A stretch of DNA of 32,000 nt, taken from assembly GCF_000014265.1 (NCBI RefSeq), contig NC_008312.1, positions 7,260,001 through 7,292,000 of the forward strand, read 5' to 3'. This DNA comes from Trichodesmium erythraeum IMS101 (lineage in GTDB: Bacteria > Cyanobacteriota > Cyanobacteriia > Cyanobacteriales > Microcoleaceae). Below, piece by piece: positions 27,040 to 32,000 of this stretch. The position numbers were made by a program, and so were the translations under genes. Position 1 is the stretch's first letter. Every line of letters begins with the position of its first letter. Below the pieces are notes generated by a model. The model worked only from the letters and a program-made list of their open reading frames with translations, had not been told where the DNA came from and made no database searches.

Positions 27040-27500
27040 GAGTAAACCAATTGCGTAACATTTTAGGAGTAACTAAATCGATCAAAGTAGCGATAGCCTA
27101 TTCTAATTGTTCACGAGCTGTGGCCATTTTTTAATGGGCTTTAAGACTTTAGCACCATTGTTCAATGGGGTTAAATTGAGGAGAGTAAGGAGATAGATAA
27201 ATTAATCTCGTACCCACAGCCTCAATAGCTTCAGAGATGCCCTTAACCTTATGAGCTGGCAAATTATTTCAACCACAACTGCTCAAGGCCATAGTTCAGA
27301 GACCAGTAGTTCTTCCAAAAAAGTTTGAAATACCTTGCCACTGGTTCGGTGTATTGATGGTCATAGTGTTGAGGAGTTGTTTGAAACTGATTGCTTCGAT
27401 GAGGGTAATCATTTGATCATGAGGATAGAATGCTACACTATACTACCATTATTGATAACTTGCTTACCCAGCCGGAGTAGACCAATTAAATTTGTTAATT
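27040..27500 (-). pseudogene. IS630-family transposase remnant (C-terminal DDE region, different subfamily from the 1144-bp IS)
   Basis: Minus-strand translation is ..NNLPAHKVKGISEAIEAVGTRLIYLSPYSPQFNPIEQW(stop)..LKAH.. followed by ..AIATLIDLVTPKMLRNWF.. with stops and frame changes. Confidence 0.7.
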
Positions 27501-27880
27501 ATACCTACTTTTTCTAAAGCCTTAATGACAAACTGCTACCCTGTTAATGAAGCTACAAAATCTGGTTAATATTTAGGATAATTTCCTTAAATATTTTCTC
27601 AAAAAGTCTGATAAATCTCCAAATATTATCTACTTATTTTTTTGTTTTATTGCTAATTATAACCTCTATGTTTGGTTACATTTTCGACAATATATTTGTC
27701 AATATATGAGAATAATATTATCAGTAATTGTTAATTTTAATGGTTGATAAAATCTAGCATTATTTACTTAAATTATATGTAAATTATTAGGATAATTGTG
27801 GGGAAATACTTGCGAAAATATTCCCCAAAAAAAATTATCTAAATTACTAAAATTATATAAAAAACTTTCTCCTACATTTG

Positions 27881-27999
27881 GTTCTATCTAACCCATATAA
27901 ACACAAATATTTATACTCCCATTGTTTAGTTCCCTTACCCTTGATTCCTTTAATATTTATTACTTTTCCCGTAATAGTTTTTAATCCCATTCTAGTTTT
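27881..27999 (-). pseudogene. Short IS630-family fragment related to the 1144-bp IS
   Basis: The minus strand reads KTRMGLKTITGKVINIKGIKGKGTKQWEYKYLCLYGL. Compare ETRIGLKTITGKVITACGVKPIGLYQWLFKYLWLYGL in the intact copies. Confidence 0.55.
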
Positions 28000-28039
28000 A
28001 TAGTCATTTAACTTAAGAATAAAACATTAAGCGATACAA

Positions 28040-28745
28040 TAATCATGGATGACTTTAAGGCTGTATTTGAAGGAATATAAATTCTGGCTCTCTTTAAGGC
28101 ACTAAAATTATGTTCAATATCCTTCAAATCAGGAGAAGAATTAGGGAGGAATATGACCTGATGACATTCACTTAAACTATTTGTTTAATCAATGTTTTTT
28201 GATGAATTAGTGCATTATTTATAATCCAAACTAATGTGATGGTTAATGATAGTAATAAATATCTTTATATAACCAGCCTTCAAAACCTTCTGCATTCAAA
28301 CTTCCCGTGAATATCATTGGTGGGATTAAATCTTTATTTTATTTTTCTTCTACCAGGGACTAAATTTTCTCTTTTTCCCCTCTTTCCTTGCCTATCTCCA
28401 GAAATTTTTTTCCCTCTTTTTGACCACACATCAACTTTTGATCACACATAAATACAATTTAGAAATCATTCAAATCCTGACTCCAAAACAAATACTAAAC
28501 TTTTACTTCCATATATTTTGATTAATTTCAGTAAATTCTGATAATATTTTATCCATTATTATCTACTACTTTGCGCGATAACGTACTTCTTTTTTTCTGG
28601 TTATTTTCATTTTTTTTGATAGCCTTAAAAATTGAAGTTGTACTGACGCCGAATTTTTCAGCTGCGTGTTTTCATCTAGCTTCTGGATTTTCTTATTAAT
28701 CTGTTAGAATTGTTGGGAAATAATAGACATCTCCAAAAATTATCA
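28040..28745 (-). pseudogene. Decayed IS630-family transposase (HTH to DDE, many frameshifts/stops)
   Basis: Minus-strand pieces are colinear: AAEKFGVSTTSIFKAIKK (about 28640), IFTGSLNAEGFEGWLYK (about 28300), IINNALIHQK (about 28210) and LPNSSPDLKDIEHNFSALKRA (about 28110). Confidence 0.6.
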
Positions 28746-28881
28746 CTTCCCTTACTGTAACTATCTTCTCCAGAGCGATCGCCAGCTCCTCCAGATAGTC
28801 ATTTTTTATGATATTTATAGTATTACAGATAGTTATTGTTAATTATTTAGCATTTTTATGTAATTATTTCTTGCTTTTTAC

Positions 28882-29863
28882 TAGACCTAAAGTTAGAATT
28901 TATGTTAACATTAGTGCTTAATCTCTTAATCTCACTAAACCACATATTGTTAAAATTACTTTTTCATAATTACTCTCTTTTAATCTGAATCTTTCTCGTG
29001 CCACTTTCAATATTTTTATCAGTCTTATTACATGTTCTACAAATATTCTTTTTTGAGCTTTTTTTTGATTCTCTTTCTTTACTTTGTATGACATTTTATG
29101 GTTTCTTTTTTTTCTTTGGCGTGTCAATTTTTTTCCCACCTTGATCACCTGTATCTCCTTGAAATCTTTGTTATTCATCAAACTTTTTTTGTGGTTTTTT
29201 GAATAAAATTATATCACTCTTTGGACCTCTTTCTCCTACTATTACATCAACTATTTCTTTTCCATTATCTGTGATTATTATTTGATTTTTTAACCTATGA
29301 CTTTTTTGCTTTCCTGAGTAATATTTTTTCTGCTTTTCATCATTTTTTGGCCTGAATATATCCTGTTCTGTACTATCAACTATCAATTCTATTTCTGTTA
29401 AAGCTTCTTTTATCCATAAATATTCGTTTTCTTTTCCCGAGAATTCCTCTAGTAAACTAGATGGTAATAATTCCCTCAAAATATTGATCCAAAGCCTGAA
29501 AAATATTATTTGCTGTTGATTCACTAACTCCAAATATTGCTCCTAACAGTTGAAATGTTGGTACATGATGCAAATAATATAATGTCAAAATTATCTCTTC
29601 CGCCTTGCCTAAATACTTTTTTCTGACTCCTCCTGCCTTAATTAATCTTTTTTCTTCTTTCTTCGATCGCCTGTCTTTTTTTGTCTTCAACTTTTTGAGC
29701 ATTTTCTATTAATTTTATTAGTTGTTTATCTGTAATACCAATAATCCTTTTTGTATATGGATGGATGATTATAAATATATTCTAATACATTATTCATTTG
29801 GGGACAGCATATATATAATTGGGCACTACAATTTTACCTTAATTTCTATTTTGGAGAGGTCTA
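28882..29863 (-). mobile_element. IS5-family-like element (DDE_Tnp_4 / Harbinger-type transposase), about 0.98 kb
   Basis: Imperfect TIRs: TAGACCTAAAGTTAGAATTTATGTTAACATTAGTGC (from 28882) against the reverse complement of the right end, TAGACCTCTCCAAAATAGAAATTAAGGTAAAATTGTAGTGC (to 29863). Exact ends and TSD are uncertain (CTAG / CTAA is possible). Confidence 0.65.
28918..29702 (-). pseudogene. IS5-family (DDE_Tnp_4) transposase split over three frames
   Basis: ORFs 29702-29457 (HTH part: LTLYYLHHVPTFQLLGAIFGVSESTANNIF), 29533-29171 (YYSGKQKSHRLKNQIIITDNGKEIVDVIVGERGPKSD) and 29181-28918 (QKRIFVEHVIRLIKILKVARERFR). Each successive frame is +1 relative to the previous one. The second junction sits on an A8 run (29172-29185 region). 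Confidence 0.65.
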
Positions 29864-29889
29864 ATATAAAGAAAACAAGCTCAACCTTC

Positions 29890-30160
29890 AATCATCTGCC
29901 ATAATATTGTCAAGGTCACAGCCCAGCGATCGCCTATAACAAACTTAATAATTCCTGACATTTGACTATTTACGACTGTCCAGACCCAAATTTTTTTTGA
30001 GGCTTTGAGCTATTTCAGGAGTTTCTAAGTTCTCTTCAGGCATTTGTGCTGCAGTAATTCCTACCCAGTTAAGCACTGTCCAACAGAGAAATACGAGTCA
30101 CTCTCTCAATAGCTCGGAATCCCATGCTGTCAAGGGATATTTTGAAGCACAACTCTTTAA
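29890..30160 (-). pseudogene. IS1-family transposase fragment (frameshifted)
   Basis: Minus-strand pieces in different frames: SMGFRAIERVTRIS / TVLNWVGITAAQMPEENLETPEIAQ / SKKKIWVWTVVNSQMSGIIKFVIGDRWAVTLTILW. This is the typical order of IS1-type transposases. Confidence 0.5.
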
Positions 30161-30401
30161 TGTCATAATTATTAATAATACTTCATGATTTTAGTAACAT
30201 TTTACTTTTTCTACTATTTCATACTGTTTGTACTAATAAAAACAATTTTGATGAAACTCTTGACTATTGCTATTTCATTTTGATTTAATAAATCAGGAAA
30301 AGTTTAATTCCTAAGCACTTATTTCAATTGTGAAGTTAAGTGGGAAATTTTAAGGTTATATTTTTTTCAAAAAACAACAAATTTTGTTTTCAAGTAAAGT
30401 T

Positions 30402-32000
30402 ATGAATAAGCAACCGTCTCTAACTGTATGGGATAAAAGCATTACTTCCTTCTGCTCATACTCCTCAAAAGAAGTTAGTTATGCTGAGGCATTGATATCT
30501 AATGCTCGTGAACTTGTAGTAATAGATAAGGGTGTTGATGACTATCAACAGTTACTTCATAGTATTAAACCTGGTATTTATGGGGTAGTTTTAAACCCAG
30601 ATAGGGATGGTGTTCAACAAATTACTCAGGTTTTACGGAACTATCGAGGGGTTGAAACTCTACACATTTTGTCCCATGGTTCCCCTGGATGTTTATACTT
30701 AGGAAATACTCAACTAAGCTTAGAAACTCTAGATAAATATGGTGAAGACCTACAAAAGTGGTTTATCGAAGTTCCCTCAGCAAATTTACTGATCTATGGT
30801 TGTCAAGTAGCTGCAGAAAATACAGGAACAGAATTTCTGTCAAAAGTACAAAGTTTAACCAAAGCTAATATTGCTGCCTCTGCCAACTTGACAGGAAATG
30901 CTATCTTGGGTGGTGACTGGGAACTAGAAATTACTTTGGGTCAAGGAGAATTTGTTCGCGCTTTTACATCAGAAAGTTTAGCAGATTATGCTTCAGTATT
31001 AGATACTGGTAACTTTTTAGTATCTGGACTTCCCCCATTCGCTCAAATATGGATCGATAAGAATAACCCTTTCCCTAATGTGTCACTTACGGAAACGGAA
31101 GATAAAATCACCGCATCCTACAATGGGACACTAGATATTACTACTCAGATAAACGAAATTCTCACGAGACTTAACTTAACCCCCATTACTCAACAGATTA
31201 GTGCTACAAATCCTACTTTAATCATTGAAGGAACGGCTCAGAATCCTACGGGTTATAAATTTTCAGGGGAATTTTCTCCCACAGAAGCTATAGAATTTCT
31301 GGGTGATACCTTGGGAGTTGAATTACCCAATAACATCCAAGAGCAGCTCAACAAAGTGGGTAAGGTTAATATACAGGCATCCAACCAAGGATTTGGGATT
31401 ACCTATCTAGATAATGTCGTCTTAGATGTCAACAACATAGTTGGTATGATTAGCGACAATGATTTCCTTAAAGATGCCGCTAATACAGTAACTGAAACAT
31501 TCTTAGGAGATGGTGACCCAGCTACTGAAGGGACTCAGCTAGTGCTGGCTCAACCGGGAATAGAATTTGAGAAGAAAAATAATACCAAAAAATTAAGCTT
31601 TGCTGGTGATTTTAACGGGGAAGTTTTTGACCTCAGTTTTGATGTGAGTGAGATTGGCTCCAAAGTGAGTGGCGCTCAGAAGAAAATTCCCAAACTGAGT
31701 GGATTTAAGTTCGGTTTGCCAGAGCTTGATGCCACGAAGATGACAAATGCCTTCAAGACTATTGCGGGAACAGAACTACCAGGATTTGCACAAGATTTGC
31801 TAACGACTTTGGGTGGTTTGGCAAACTTAAATATTGAATTGAATGATAATGGATTTGGTGTCACTTATGTAGGTGGACTCAATATTTCCAGTACTATTAA
31901 TAGCCTTCTTTCTACCTTAGGCTTGGGTGAGAATGTCTTGTCTGATTCCCTAAGTGTAACAAATCCTGGTTTACGAGTTACTAAAGACGATACAGGGAAG
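30402..32000 (+). CDS. Large secreted/surface-type protein with N-terminal DUF4347 domain, 5' 533 codons only (open to the window end)
   Basis: I translated it by hand from ATG 30402 and found no stop through 32000. LVVIDKGVDDYQQLL..VLNPDRDGVQQITQVL..LHILSHGSPGCLYLGNTQLSLETL..LLIYGCQVAAENTGTEFL..IAASANLTGNAILGGDWELE matches DUF4347 essentially motif for motif. It is absent from the ORF track only because it lacks a stop. Confidence 0.8.
   Translation, partial: MNKQPSLTVWDKSITSFCSYSSKEVSYAEALISNARELVVIDKGVDDYQQLLHSIKPGIYGVVLNPDRDGVQQITQVLRNYRGVETLHILSHGSPGCLYLGNTQLSLETLDKYGEDLQKWFIEVPSANLLIYGCQVAAENTGTEFLSKVQSLTKANIAASANLTGNAILGGDWELEITLGQGEFVRAFTSESLADYASVLDTGNFLVSGLPPFAQIWIDKNNPFPNVSLTETEDKITASYNGTLDITTQINEILTRLNLTPITQQISATNPTLIIEGTAQNPTGYKFSGEFSPTEAIEFLGDTLGVELPNNIQEQLNKVGKVNIQASNQGFGITYLDNVVLDVNNIVGMISDNDFLKDAANTVTETFLGDGDPATEGTQLVLAQPGIEFEKKNNTKKLSFAGDFNGEVFDLSFDVSEIGSKVSGAQKKIPKLSGFKFGLPELDATKMTNAFKTIAGTELPGFAQDLLTTLGGLANLNIELNDNGFGVTYVGGLNISSTINSLLSTLGLGENVLSDSLSVTNPGLRVTKDDTGK

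Overview
AT-rich (about one-third GC by eye) cyanobacterial chromosomal segment. It has at least nine perfect HIP1 palindromes (GCGATCGC, e.g. 13810, 17026, 19315, 19598), long non-coding spacers and several group II introns. This suggests a filamentous marine cyanobacterium of the Trichodesmium type (inference only). By my coordinates roughly half of the window is mobile-element DNA and under a third is intact host coding sequence.

Layout:
- 1-3862 (minus strand): a small gene interrupted by a group II intron (A). Intron A is itself interrupted twice within 2.7 kb, by two other RT-encoding group II introns (I1 complete, I3 running off the left edge).
- 4230-12344: a multi-level nest of mobile elements. 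A decayed IS1-like gene is invaded by group II intron I2. The I2 RT gene is split by an IS630 copy. Next to it, a decayed IS630 copy is invaded by a second, apparently identical IS630 copy in inverted orientation and by an IS4-like element with long terminal inverted repeats (TIRs).
- 13.3-22 kb: host genes cbiX/sirB-type chelatase, a cysteine-synthase-family gene tightly followed by a thioredoxin-like [2Fe-2S] ferredoxin, a methyltransferase pseudogene with only in-frame stops, glutathione reductase, and a DUF4336 gene preceded by an unexplained GC-rich structured block.
- 24.2-26.6 kb: a CBS-GAF histidine kinase.
- 27.0-30.2 kb: an IS graveyard with IS630, IS5-like and IS1-like remnants.
- 30402 to the window end: the start of a large DUF4347-type exoprotein gene.

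Also present are two copies of a ~235-bp MITE-like repeat and a 127-bp dispersed repeat carrying a 38-codon hydrophobic ORF.

The most interesting item is the doubly invaded (twintron-like) group II intron. All calls come from reading the sequence by eye. Element boundaries are good to a few nt where target-site duplications (TSDs) or splice motifs are cited, and approximate otherwise.
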